Source of the DNA: Eledone cirrhosa
Taxonomy: Eukaryota
Length of the DNA: 64,000 bases
Assembly (NCBI GenBank): GCA_964016885.1
Contig: OZ024749.1
Coordinates: 26,536,001 to 26,600,000, forward strand
Reading direction: 5' to 3'
Part shown: piece by piece, positions 43,452-57,537 of the stretch
Layout: the number at the start of each line of letters is the position of its first letter
Position numbering within the stretch: position 1 is the stretch's first letter
The notes under the pieces: model-generated
What the model was told of the DNA's origin: nothing
Seen by the model: only the letters and a program-made list of their open reading frames with translations
The model's database searches: none
Position numbers and translations under genes: made by a program

Positions 43452-43627
43452 TATATATATATATATATATAAGCATACATACATATATATAAGCATACAT
43501 ACATATATATAAGCATGCATACATATATATAAGCATACATATATATAAGCATACATACATACATATAAGCATACATACATACATACATACATACATACAT
43601 ACATACATACATACATACATACATACA

Positions 43628-43663
<36 letters not shown>

Positions 43664-43829
43664 TCCGTATATAGTTGACAAAGAAGAGAAAAGCGTACGC
43701 AATACAGAAGTAGTTTTTAAATATTAATTTTATTAAGGCTAAATAGTGAGTCTGGTTACACTGGAGTTTCACCTGCTTACTCACAGAGTCATCTGATGAC
43801 CCTGTAAAAACGCATTTGAAAATATTTAC

Positions 43830-43886
<57 letters not shown>

Positions 43887-43890
<4 letters not shown>

Positions 43891-44080
43891 AACAAGTAAG
43901 ACCCCGACGGCTGAGCTCAAGCCGTTTCGACGGCTAATTCTGTACAGAATTAGCCGTCGAAACGGCTTGAGCTCAGCCGTCGGGGTCCTACTCGTTCGTA
44001 TTGCCCACTCTACTACCCTAAGTATTGAGTACTCTGGTGCGTTATGGTCCACCTGGTTCCTTACCACATTTCCTTCGTTA
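43887..44080. mobile_element. Fold-back mini-element, copy 3 (opposite orientation)
   Basis: Short arm, then long arm; centre tgt|aca at 43943/43944. Confidence 0.9.
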
Positions 44081-44103
44081 TATATATATATATATATATA
44101 TAT

Positions 44104-44295
44104 AATTAGAAAGTGAACAACACAATATATAACTACTCCATTACCAAAGGTTTCAGGACCCTGGACAGTATTAACATACGCCTAGTTCGCTCATCAGATA
44201 GAAAGGTTATAAATATATCTATATTTATAATTGTCTAGCGTCCTGAAACCTTTGATAATGGAATAGTTATATATTGCGTTGTTCACTTTTCAATT
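44104..44295. mobile_element. Second fold-back family with a hammerhead motif on minus (44137-44202)
   Basis: Imperfect arms 44104-44167 / 44232-44295; minus: tctat CTGATGA ... GAAACC ttt GGTA atgga. Confidence 0.7.
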
Positions 44296-44350
44296 AAATA
44301 GCTCTGTATTATACATAGAGCACTCTTTTTTTCCTTTGCCTTTTCTTCGG

Positions 44351-44400
<50 letters not shown>

Positions 44401-44479
44401 TGTGTGGAGCGAGATTACTACTCTTCATTAAGGCATCTATCTAAGAGAAGGTCAATCTGATATAAAACCTGCGACTTCG

Positions 44480-44970
44480 TTTACATATACAATGACATAG
44501 ACCAGTTCTTCTTTTTGGACAAATGCATTCGGTGTTCAGAGAATGGGATTTGCCCCGTGTAAAGCCTTTCCTCACTTAAAAAATCTTCAAGCCCAGGCAT
44601 CGCTTCATATGTGACATTTTTTGTGATGCATGTGACATTCTTTGGTAGCTGACATTTAATATGTGACATTCTTTGGTATTGCTGGCCATAGGCAATTTTC
44701 TAGCATTGGACTAAAAAGCCACGTCCGTGATGCTCATGCATAATATCAAGCGATGGCATGAAATCGTGTTGCAACCATCATCATCATCTATGTATGGAGT
44801 CAGATCACTCTTGTGTAAAAGATGTCACATGGTTGGGTCGTTGGCAACTAACCCGGCACCCTCACCAAGCTTGCTTGATTGATGATGAGGGTGATTTATG
44901 AACGCCGTGCAGGATGACGAACAAAACACGTCGAAATTCGGTTAGACTCAGGAGAGTCAAAGACCGTCTT
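44480..44970 (+). mobile_element. Decayed RTE 3' end followed by an RTE-like 5' segment
   Basis: GLKSHVRDAHA* then gttgcaaccatcatcatc tail; gggtcgttggcaactaa resembles 54880-54905 on minus. Confidence 0.5.
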
Positions 44971-45197
44971 TTAGTGTGTATATTACAGTTAGACAGAGCC
45001 CGTTCATCTTACTTGGCAGTCATTTTAAAAGATGAGATTCCGTCTTTTTGAGTATTTTACTCCATTTTTATAGCAATCGACTGTTGTTAAAGTTAACTTC
45101 TGGGGTTGAGAATTTCCCATTTTCTAGAAATATTTGTTTATATATATATAAATGTGTGTGTGTGTCTGTGTATATATATATATATATATATATGATT

Positions 45198-45459
45198 AAA
45201 CATGTCTATAGAATCACAAGATAAAATATATACTATTTCCTCTCCCAATTAGCATAATTAACCATATAAAAAATCGAATAGACCAGGCTATAAGAATGAC
45301 GCTTCTATAAAGAAGCGCTAGTTTCGGTTATTTGTCGGAGATTTCTTCATAGAAGCCTCATTCTTATAGCCTGGTCTATTCGATTTTTTACATGGTTAAT
45401 TATGCTAATTGGGAGAGGAAATAGTATATATTTTATCTTGTGATTCTATAGACATGTTT
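45198..45459. repeat. Near-perfect inverted repeat, ~117-bp arms, 28-bp spacer
   Basis: 45198-45314 vs 45343-45459. Confidence 0.92.
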
Positions 45460-45587
45460 TATGATATATAGCTCTGATTGTTTAATTTATTAATTTTTCA
45501 TTGAGCCACAAAGTGACCAGTTGCAAAACACGTATATGTATATGTATATATATATGTAAACTTTTATATATATATATATATATATGG

Positions 45588-46108
<521 letters not shown>

Positions 46109-46150
46109 CATACATATATATATATACATATATATATATATACATATACA

Positions 46151-46228
<78 letters not shown>

Positions 46229-46229
46229 C

Positions 46230-46272
<43 letters not shown>

Positions 46273-46277
46273 TATAT

Positions 46278-46556
46278 AGTAATAATAATAAATTTGAAGA
46301 CTAAAATCCAAAGAGGGCTCGATAAGGATAGATAGATATCAAATATATAAGGACCGTAGAGCAAATATTTATTAAAATAACAGATGAACGTTTCCACGAA
46401 CCAAAGTATCGTCTTCCTGTCTTCCTCCGGTTGCAACGTTTTTCGAAATATCCAGTTCTGCGTTTACAGATTGACTTTGTTAGTTTCAGAAGATCCCGTT
46501 AAGGGTGAAAGCAGCGATTCTTTGCTTAAACTTTAATCTGTTATTTTAATAAATAT
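46278..46556 (-). mobile_element. Short element with a 21-bp inverted repeat (46365-46385 / 46536-46556)
   Basis: Homologous to 17551-17721; its other end (gaagactaaaatccaaagagggctcga) recurs at ~50207-50255 and ~51712-51755. Confidence 0.75.
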
Positions 46557-46557
46557 A

Positions 46558-46678
<121 letters not shown>

Positions 46679-46690
46679 TTATACATATAC

Positions 46691-46773
<83 letters not shown>

Positions 46774-46911
46774 TATATATATATATATATATAACGATAT
46801 ATATATATTTAACGATTTAACTCACTCAATATGCAAATTAGGCTGCTCAGCCGTTAATTTTCATAAGGAAAGTATATACTTTCGAACGTTCAACTATCTG
46901 GCAGATGGGTA

Positions 46912-46956
46912 AACGGTGCTGATGATAGCTAACAAGCTTGAAACTAGTACATCGTT
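46912..46956 (+). ncRNA. Hammerhead ribozyme motif, type I minimal
   Basis: aacggtg CTGATGA t agct-aaca-agct t GAAAC ta GTA catcgtt; 7-bp stem I. Confidence 0.8.
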
Positions 46957-47109
46957 CCTGTGTCAGTGTTGAACAAAAAGGTGACGTGGTTGCCTTAACA
47001 CCGTATGGCATAAATTCAGGCTGTTCAGTTTGTTGACAAACGAACAAAGCAGCGGTATAATAAGCGTCTGCTAAACTGATGCGTACATATATGTATGTGT
47101 ACCTGCATC

Positions 47110-47183
<74 letters not shown>

Positions 47184-47452
47184 TGCTACTGTACGTCTGT
47201 ATACATATATGTATGTACGTATACATACATACTTACATATATATATATATATATAAATATATATATATATTTATTTATTTATTTATATATGTATGTGTAT
47301 GTCTATATACATATATATGTGTGTGTGTGTGTGTGTGTTAATGTTTCACACATGAAGTAAGTAATGTAGTAAGTTCTAAATCCCACTGAGATTATAGAAT
47401 AACGTACACGTACTCTAGTCAAGTTATGTATCAGCACAGATATGTTTGTGAA

Positions 47453-47550
<98 letters not shown>

Positions 47551-47635
47551 ATTATATGTATATATAATATATATAATATATGTATATATAATATATATTT
47601 GTATATATATATTATATGTATATATAATATATATG

Positions 47636-47752
<117 letters not shown>

Positions 47753-47782
47753 TATATATATATTATATATATATATTATATG

Positions 47783-47877
<95 letters not shown>

Positions 47878-48026
47878 TATATATATATATTATATGTATA
47901 TATAATATATATATATGTATTAAATATATATATTATATATATTATATATATATTATATATATATATTATATATATATATTATATGTATATATAATATATA
48001 TATATGTATTAAATATATATATTATA

Positions 48027-48089
<63 letters not shown>

Positions 48090-48368
48090 ATTATATGTGT
48101 ATATAATATATATATATATATATGTATTATATATATATATATTATATATATATATGTATTATATATATATATTATATATATATTATATATATATATATTA
48201 TATGTATATATTATATGTATATATAATATGTATATATGTATTATATATATATATTATATATATATTATATGTATATATAATATATGTATTACATATATAT
48301 ATATATATATATTATATGTATATGTAATATGTATATATATATATATATATTATATGTATATATATATA

Positions 48369-48421
<53 letters not shown>

Positions 48422-49054
48422 ATACATATATATGTATGTGTCTATGAATGCATGTATATATATGTATGTGTGTATGTGTCTGTGTGAGCATGTATGTGTG
48501 TGTGTATGTTTCTGTGTGAATATGTGTGTATGTATGTCTGTCTGTGTGTGCTTTTGTGAGTGCGTATCTGAAGTAACTACACAACATGAGTTATGACAAA
48601 TAAATATGACCATATGTTTAATAAATATATTTGGTCACGCTGTGAAAATATATCCCCCATGCATAGATCAATGCACGTTCGTAGCCCACGCATTGTTTTT
48701 TGGCGTTCTACTAATTATTACCCAGCCGTCAATAATGACATTATTGTTTTGTATATATTTTTTAGAATTCGCTATTTCTATGCTTCGTAAAACGTCCATA
48801 GCTTCAATAATATTGGAAGCTCTACGATCCCTGATGAGTTGTTGATGAAATATGAAACTAGGGCTTACGCTCGTCACTGTAGGCTGTTCTCTGGTTAATA
48901 CACGGAACTAATTTACCCACAGGCACTAAATATATGCCTCTCGGTATGGCGTTGAAACTGGTGTCAACATGAATAGACCTGTTATTTTTATCTAAAGGCA
49001 TATTTTCCAATTCCATCCCGCCCGTCCCCTCAATCTATCTTATTTCTCATTCTT

Positions 49055-49090
49055 TCTTCTGATGAACGACTAGCGTCTGAAACGTTAAGA
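49055..49090 (+). ncRNA. Hammerhead motif, minimal with loopless stem III
   Basis: tctt CTGATGA acg-actag-cgt ct GAAAC GTT aaga. Confidence 0.55.
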
Positions 49091-49175
49091 CCCTCTTCCT
49101 GCTATATCAAGCGTTAACCTAATATATCCCTTCCATATAATGTACTGATTGTGTTGTTATTTCTGTTTACCTTTT

Positions 49176-49217
<42 letters not shown>

Positions 49218-49220
<3 letters not shown>

Positions 49221-49385
49221 GTAGGAGGTGAGTTTTATTGTAGTACAATAAAGCAATGCAGATATCGGATAAGTACCCTATTTTATCTGACGAAAACGCA
49301 AATGTTATTGCATGATGATATTTGTTTTTGAAATGCGCATAATAAAATACATGGAACTCATTAACCATCTTTTGATCTTATATAT

Positions 49386-49388
<3 letters not shown>
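49218..49388 (+). mobile_element. 170-bp TA-inserted element with an intact hammerhead motif (49279-49349)
   Basis: tattttat CTGACGA [GU-rich stem II] GAAAT gcgc ATA ataaaata; perfect 8-bp stem I. Confidence 0.82.
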
Positions 49389-49469
<81 letters not shown>

Positions 49470-49471
<2 letters not shown>

Positions 49472-50200
49472 TGAATTTGCCGACGTCATAGTTCTGGTGA
49501 CAAACACAGTGAAGGAGGCAGAGGAGTTGATGCAGGAGGTGGAGACTGTGTCAATGAGTGTGGAGCTGAGAATGAATGAGATTAAGACGAAATATCTGGT
49601 AGAGAACATTAAGAAGCCAGAGAAGATTACGAATGTAGGCGGGAAGCCGCTAGAATTGGTTGAAGCCTTCCTGTATTTGGGAGCAAAGATTGGGAATACA
49701 GAAGATGATGTGGTTGACAGGAAGAGCAAAGCCTGGGTGGCGTGCCACAGTTTGAGTTCGGTGTGGAAGTCGGACCTTCGTAAAGACCTGTAGATCCGTC
49801 TCTTCGTTGCTGTAGTGAAGTTTGTGCTGCTTTACGGGTCTAAAACTTGGACACTGACCAAGAAACTCACTCAGATGGTGGATGGGTGCTACACGAGAAT
49901 GCTGAGGATGGCTCTGAACATTAATCAGTATACATTGAGGATGAACAACACAGAGTTGTACGCTGAAGTTAGCTGGACATGCTCACCAACATCCAGAGTT
50001 GACACTGCACTCGGTGCTCCTGTGGGAGCCCCTGCATGGACACACTAGAAGAGAGAGCCCAATGTTGACATATGTTGAAGCCCTAAGGACAGACACTGGT
50101 CTCTTCGAGACGCAGGACATGGCAGTGATGATGAGGGACAGAGACCGCTGGAGAGAACTCGTCCATGGATCTCGGGAATTTTACCCGCCCTAGATAGATA
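49470..50200 (+). mobile_element. RTE family A LINE 3' fragment (RT C-terminus, disrupted)
   Basis: [41 protein letters not shown]; in-frame stop and deletion; TAGA tail. Confidence 0.9.
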
Positions 50201-50256
50201 TATATAGTAATAATAAATGTGAAGACTAAAATCCGAAGAGGGATCGATAAGGATTG

Positions 50257-50269
50257 TATAACCTTGTCA

Positions 50270-50337
<68 letters not shown>

Positions 50338-50507
50338 AATGGGATTTCGCTTCAAGCATAGCTTTATACAATATGTATAAATATTTCGTATCTCCAAGGA
50401 AATACGGTTGTTCCCCTAGCTTCTGCTGGACATCACCAGAGGGCGTTAGCCCCACGGCGTTTGCATATCTACGGCTTCCTAAAACCGTATTTCCTTGAAG
50501 ATACGAA

Positions 50508-50577
<70 letters not shown>

Positions 50578-50588
50578 ACGAGGTTATA
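50257..50588. repeat. Nested inverted repeat structure
   Basis: Outer tataaccttgtcaat/attgacgaggttata; inner arms 50371-50409 / 50483-50521; TA tracts between. Confidence 0.7.
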
Positions 50589-51211
50589 AGGAATATTCGT
50601 TATAATCCTGTTTTGCTCACAATTACTCACTCTATGAGATATGGGTTAACCGTATATCGAGCAAAACTTGTCTGAGTGCTAACCATGTGCATATTCGTAA
50701 TATGGCAATTGCACTTGCTTGATATATATATATATATAAACATAGAAGCTTTCTAAGAAATGGAAAAAGATGAGTCTTTTTTCCATTTCGTAGAGGCCTC
50801 TAAACCCTACTATCAGGCTAAAATTTCTTTAGTCAAAAATACAGTGAAAGCTTCTATTTACAAACTCTCTCGCTGTTTCAAAATATACTTACTATCTATA
50901 TATATATATATATATATAATATTTATTTCTTTTAAACATATGCTATGCTATAACTTTGCCTCACATGATACTTGGAGTGACTCACGCTTTATTTTGTCTA
51001 ACAGGTCGACTACTTTGCATGTGTGTCTCTGTGGAGGCAGCCTTTCAATGTATTTGTTTTATTGACCTTGACTTCCTGTTTTTTTTTTTGAGACTTGCCT
51101 TTCCCAGGTCTTACATTGATGTCCTGGGGGTATTTTAGTGTTGCCTGTTTGCATTCAAATTGAAAAGTGCGTAGACATTATTTGAAGTATCATCTTTGTT
51201 TTCTCACTTGA

Positions 51212-51277
<66 letters not shown>

Positions 51278-51761
51278 AAGTGTTAAAACAATCAAATCTT
51301 AGTTTAATACATTTATTTGCTGACAATTGTTTCTTCCATGGGGGAGTCTGGAATCATCGGAGCATAGGGAATGTCTAAACAGGTGATTAAAATCCTAGTC
51401 ATTCAGAACATTTAGGTAGATACATAAGTGTTGTTAGTGTCATAGACATCATGTAGAGAATCAGGAGTTAAAAAGATGTTATGTTTGAGAGAACACAATT
51501 ACAAGGAGCACTAGTTGAAAGTGTAAGAGGTACAAGCAAAAAATACAGGCAAAAAAAGTTACAAGCAAGTAAAAATGAAAGATAGGATAGACATAAGATA
51601 TAAGATATCTTAGCATTGGAGATCAGGTAATGTTAGGGGTATACAATGCCGGAGTCAATACAATCAATATGGCATGTATGAGGAAAGAGTTATATATATA
51701 TATATATATAATGTCGAGCCCTCTTTGGATTAAAGTTTTGACATTTATTATTACAATAAAC

Positions 51762-51995
51762 GGGCGGTGGATTGGCAGTATCGGTAGAGGGTCGGACGCC
51801 ATGCTTTGTAGCACAGTTACGTCCCTTTCAAATCCCGAGTTCAAATCCCGCCGGGGTTAACTTTGCCTTTCATCCTTACGGGGTCGATAAAATAAAGACT
51901 TTGCCTTTCATCCTTACGGGGTCGATAACATAAAGTACCAGTAATACACTGGATTAATTGCTGGCCTTGTGCCAAAAAGTAGAAACAATTATTAC
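51762..51995 (+). mobile_element. Meta-type SINE with internal duplication of the core
   Basis: ctttgcctttcatccttacggggtcgata occurs twice. Confidence 0.88.
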
Positions 51996-52521
51996 AATAA
52001 ACGTGTGTGTATATATATATATATATATATACTCTTTTACTCTTTTACCTGTTCCAGCCATCCGGCTGAGGCCATGCTGGGGCACCGCCCTTATTATTAT
52101 ATTGTTGCCATTGTTGTTGTTTATTGTTTTTGTAGTTGTTGTTGTTGTTACTGTTGCTTTTGCTTGTCTGCACACTAAATATGCTGATTACTTCATCTTC
52201 AACTTGTCTGTCGGGTCGCAACAAGTACCTTTCACAGGCAGTATTTCCTGGTGATGGTGGTGGTGGTGCTGCTGGTGATGGTGGTGCTGCTGCTGGGGAT
52301 GATGGTGGTGGTGGTGGGGGGAGGCTGGTGGGGCTTGTGGTGATAATTGTGGTGGTGGTGGTGTTGGTGGTGGTTGTGGTGCTTGTGGTGGTACTGGTGG
52401 TGGTGGTGGCGGTGGTGGTGGTGATGGTGGAGGTCGTGGGGGTATGATGTTTTTCTCTTCGCCCTCGCTCTAGCAATGAATAAGTACGTTTATACGAGAA
52501 AATATGCGAAAACTAAAGAAC

Positions 52522-52562
<41 letters not shown>

Positions 52563-52719
52563 AGACAAACGCCGGGGACAATAGGATGAATCCCTTGAAG
52601 AAGACAAGTGAATAAAAATAGGATAAAACAAAAAGTAAGAAACAAATAAACAAAAACAACGAAGCGGACATACCATTCAGTTTATTGTAGTTGATATGTG
52701 TGTGAAATATTCAAGTCAC

Positions 52720-53100
52720 AGCCTCACACACACTTACACATATATATACATACACATACACACATATACACATAAACACATATATACATATACACATACA
52801 TACATACATACATATATACATATACACATACATACATATATAAATACATACATACATACATACATACTGACATAAATATACATACTCACATACATACATA
52901 TATAAATACAAACATACATTCATACTCACATACATATATACACATACATACATACATATATAAATACAAACATACATACATACATATATACACATACATA
53001 CATACATATATTAATACATACATACATGCATACTGACATAAATATACATACTCACATACATACATATATAAATACAAACATACATACATACATACATACA

Positions 53101-53134
<34 letters not shown>

Positions 53135-55000
53135 CACATACATACATACATACATACATATATTAATACATACATACATACATACATACTGACATAAATA
53201 TACATACTCACATACATACATATTCACATAAGTACATATATACACATATACACATACATACATACATATATAAATACAAACATACATACATACACACTGA
53301 CATACACATACAGACTCACATACATACATATATGTACATATATACACATATACACTCATACATATGTACATGCATACATACTCACGTTCATACATATATA
53401 CATACATAAACACACATACACATATACACATGCATACGCACGCATACCCACACATACGGATACAAACATATACACACACATACACATACAAAAACACACA
53501 CACAAGCACATATACGCATGCAAACATTTATACATACACATATACACATAAACACATATACACATACACACATATACACATAAACACATATACACATACA
53601 CACATATATACATATACATACATACATACATATATAAATACAAACATACATACATACTCACATACAAATACAGACTCACATATATGTACATATATACACA
53701 TATACACTCATACATATGTACATGCATACATACTCACGTTCATACATATATACATACATAAACACACATACACATATACACATGCATACGCACGCATACC
53801 CACACATACGGATACAAACATATACACACACATACACATACAAAAACACACACAAGCACATATGCGCATGCAAACATTTATACATACACATATACACATA
53901 AACACATATACACATACACACATATACACATAAACACATATACACATACACACATATATACATATACATACATACATATATAAATACAAACATACATACA
54001 TACTCACATACATATACATACTCACATACATACATATGCACATATGTACGTATATACACATATACACACATACATACGTACATGCATACATACTCACATA
54101 CATACATATATACATACATAAACACACATACACATATACACATGCATACGCACGCATAACCACACATACGGATACAAACATATACACACACATATGCATA
54201 CAAACATATACACACACATACACATACAAAAACACACACACAAGCACATATACGCATGCAAACATTTATACATACACATATACACATAAACACATATACA
54301 CATACACACATATACACATAAACACATATACACATACATCCACATACATACATGGTGGCTGCCAACTCGTTTTCGAGTACGGCCACTACTTTATATCCAT
54401 GTAGGAGAACCCCTACCGATACGCTGAACGAATGTGACTTTTTAGTCCAGCCAGCGACTTGAAAACTCTGGTACAAACACTACACCTGTGACAATTATTG
54501 ACACACAGTGCTGGGCCCATGGTACCATGTGATGACAAGTGCAGAGAGATCTCCAGATATAAAGCAATGCCTGTGCCGTGAAGCTTTTATAGTGAGCAAA
54601 GGCATTGCACAAAGCCAGTCCCACTCTCTTAACCAAGATGATATTTACCAAAAAGAAGAACAAGTCAACATCATTGGATACCATCAGGGTTGCAAGTGTT
54701 ATATCAGAGTTTTCCTTCTCCTAGAATTCTGCCTTGACAAAGGCTAAGGGGTCATCTCTCCCGGTGATTTTGGAAGGCCATTGACTCTTAAGAGCTCCTT
54801 TGCCCTTTGACAGGTTTTGTTTTTAGTCCTGCAGGATGTCCAAAGTCACCCTCCTCACCAAGAAACCTTGGTGGGGTTGCCAGTTTAGTCGCCAACGACC
54901 CGACCATGAGACAGGTTGTACTGGGATACATGTTACCAGTAGCACCAACTGGTGACCTGACACATACATACATACATACATACATACATACATACATACA

Positions 55001-55034
<34 letters not shown>

Positions 55035-55472
55035 CACATACATACATACATACATATATAAATACAAACATACATACATACATACTCACATACATATACA
55101 TACTCACATACATACATATGCACATATGTGCATATATACACATATACACACATACATAAGTACATGCATACATACTCACATACATATATACATACATAAA
55201 CACACATACACATATACACATGCATACGCACGCATAACCACACATACGGATACAAACATATACACACACATATGCATACAAACATATACACACACACAAG
55301 CACATATACGCATGCAAACATTTATACATACACATACACATACACACATATACACATAAACACATATACACATACACACATATACACATAAACACATATA
55401 CACATATACACATAAACACATATACACATACATACATACATACATACATACATACATACATACATACATACA

Positions 55473-55506
<34 letters not shown>

Positions 55507-56258
55507 CACATACATACATATATAAATACAAACATACATACATACATACTCACATACATATACATACTCACATACATACATATGCACATATGTGCATATA
55601 TATACATATAGACACATACATACGTACATGCATACATACTCACATACATACATATATACATACATAAACACACATACACATATACATATACATATACGCA
55701 CGCATATCCACACGTACGCATACAAACATATACACACACATACACATACAAAAACACACACACAAGCACATATACGCATGCAAACATTTATACATACACA
55801 TACATATACACACATATACACATAAACACATATACATACACATACATACATATATACACATACATACATACATATATAAATACAAACATACATACATACA
55901 TACTCACATACATACATATGCACATATCTACATATATACACATATACACACATACATACATACGTACATGCATACATACTCACATACATATATATATACA
56001 TAGATAAACACACATACACATATACACATGCATATACACACATATACATATACGCACGCATACCCACACGTACGCATACAAACATATACACACACATACA
56101 CATACAAAAACACACATATACGCATGCAAACATTTATACATACATATATACACACAAACGCGCACACACACACGGATAAACATACTCAACCACTCACAGA
56201 CAAACACATATATAAACACACATACAACCACATACACATAAACACATATACACACACA
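52720..56258. repeat. Complex (CATA/CA)n tract with duplicated blocks of a few hundred bp, interrupted at 54352-54960
   Basis: Recurrent cacatgcatacgcacgcata..cacacatacggatacaaac block. Confidence 0.93.
54352..54960 (-). mobile_element. Bipartite non-autonomous RTE derivative (5'-UTR-like part + ORF C-terminus/3' UTR)
   Basis: Minus 3' part reads [20 protein letters not shown], then gagttggcagccaccat (cf. end of the 38914 copy); 5' part non-coding with an HDV-like motif. Confidence 0.65.
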
Positions 56259-56280
56259 TGTTGTCTGTGTGAGAGAGAGG

Positions 56281-57080
56281 TGGGGAGGAAAGAGGAAGAA
56301 GAAGAGGAGGAAAAGGAAGACCACGACGAAGACGAAGAAGAAAAAAAGAAGAAAAAAGAAGAAAAAAAAGAAGAAAAAGGACGACGATGAAGAAAAAGAA
56401 GAAAAAGAAGACGAAGAAGAAGAGGAAAAAGAAGACGACGACGAAGAAAAAGAAGACGACGAAGAAGAAAAAGAAGACGACGAAGAAAAAGAAAAAGACG
56501 ACGAAGAAAAAGAAAAAGACGACGAAAAAAAAGAAGACGACGACGAAGAAAAAAAAGAAGACGTCGACGAAGAAAAAGAAGACGACGACGAAGAAAAAGA
56601 AGACGACGAAGAAGAAAAAAAAGACGACGAAGAAAAAAAAGAAGACGAAGAAAAAGAAGACGAAGAAAAAGAAGACGACGAAGAAAAAAAAAGAAGACGA
56701 AGAAAAAGAAGACGACGAAGAAAAAAAAAGAAGACGAAGAAAAAGAAGACGACGAAGAAAAAAAAAGAAGACGAAGAAAAAGAAGACGACGACGAAGAAA
56801 AAGAAGACGACGACGAAGAAAAAAAAAAGAAGACGAAGAAAAAGAAGACGACGACGAAGAAAAAGAAGACGACGAAGAAAAAAAAAGAAGACGAAGAAAA
56901 AGAAGACGACGACGAAGAAAAAGAAGACGACGAAGAAAAAAAAAGAAGACGAAGAAAAAGAAGACGACGACGAAGAAAAAGAAGACGACGAAGAAAAAAA
57001 AAGAAGACGAAGAAAAAGAAGACGACGACGAAGAAAAAGAAGAAGAAGAAGAAGAAGAAGAAGAAGAAGAAGAAGAAGAT
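56281..57080. repeat. Purine-rich (GAA/GAC/AAA)n tandem repeat
   Basis: Unit like GAAAAAGAAGACGACGAA. Confidence 0.95.
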
Positions 57081-57207
57081 AAGGTGTTAAAGAAAGATGG
57101 AAGATGGATATCATATGGCTTAAGTTGTATGACTTACGACGTATGATGTATGAAAGTGTCAGACGGAATGAATTAAACAATAAAATGTTTTGCTCAGCTG
57201 AAATAAT

Positions 57208-57310
57208 TTTTCTACCTGTTTCTGTTTATTACGTCATTACAACGTGGGGACATATATTTCTACCTGTTTCTGTTTATTACGTCATTACAACGTGGGGACA
57301 TATATTTCTA
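57208..57310. repeat. 48-bp tandem duplication
   Basis: tttctacctgtttctgtttattacgtcattacaacgtggggacatata x2. Confidence 0.9.
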
Positions 57311-57461
57311 CTTCTTGATTGCTTCTAATTCTTTAGAAACAAACACATTTCTCTTTCTCTCTTCCTCTTTATCCTTCTCACTCTCTCTCTCACTCTCTCT
57401 CTCACTCTCTCTCTCTCACTCTCACTCACTCTCACTCTCTCTCACTCTCTCTCACTCTCTA

Positions 57462-57518
<57 letters not shown>

Positions 57519-57537
57519 TTACTATTATCAGTAGATT

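Noticed and set aside
48826-48870. Hammerhead (CTGATGA...GAAAC)
   Set aside because: No GUH triplet, and stems I and II do not pair convincingly.
56269-57090. Acidic/basic K-E-D-rich protein
   Set aside because: Purine tandem repeat with frame-shifting A-run variation.
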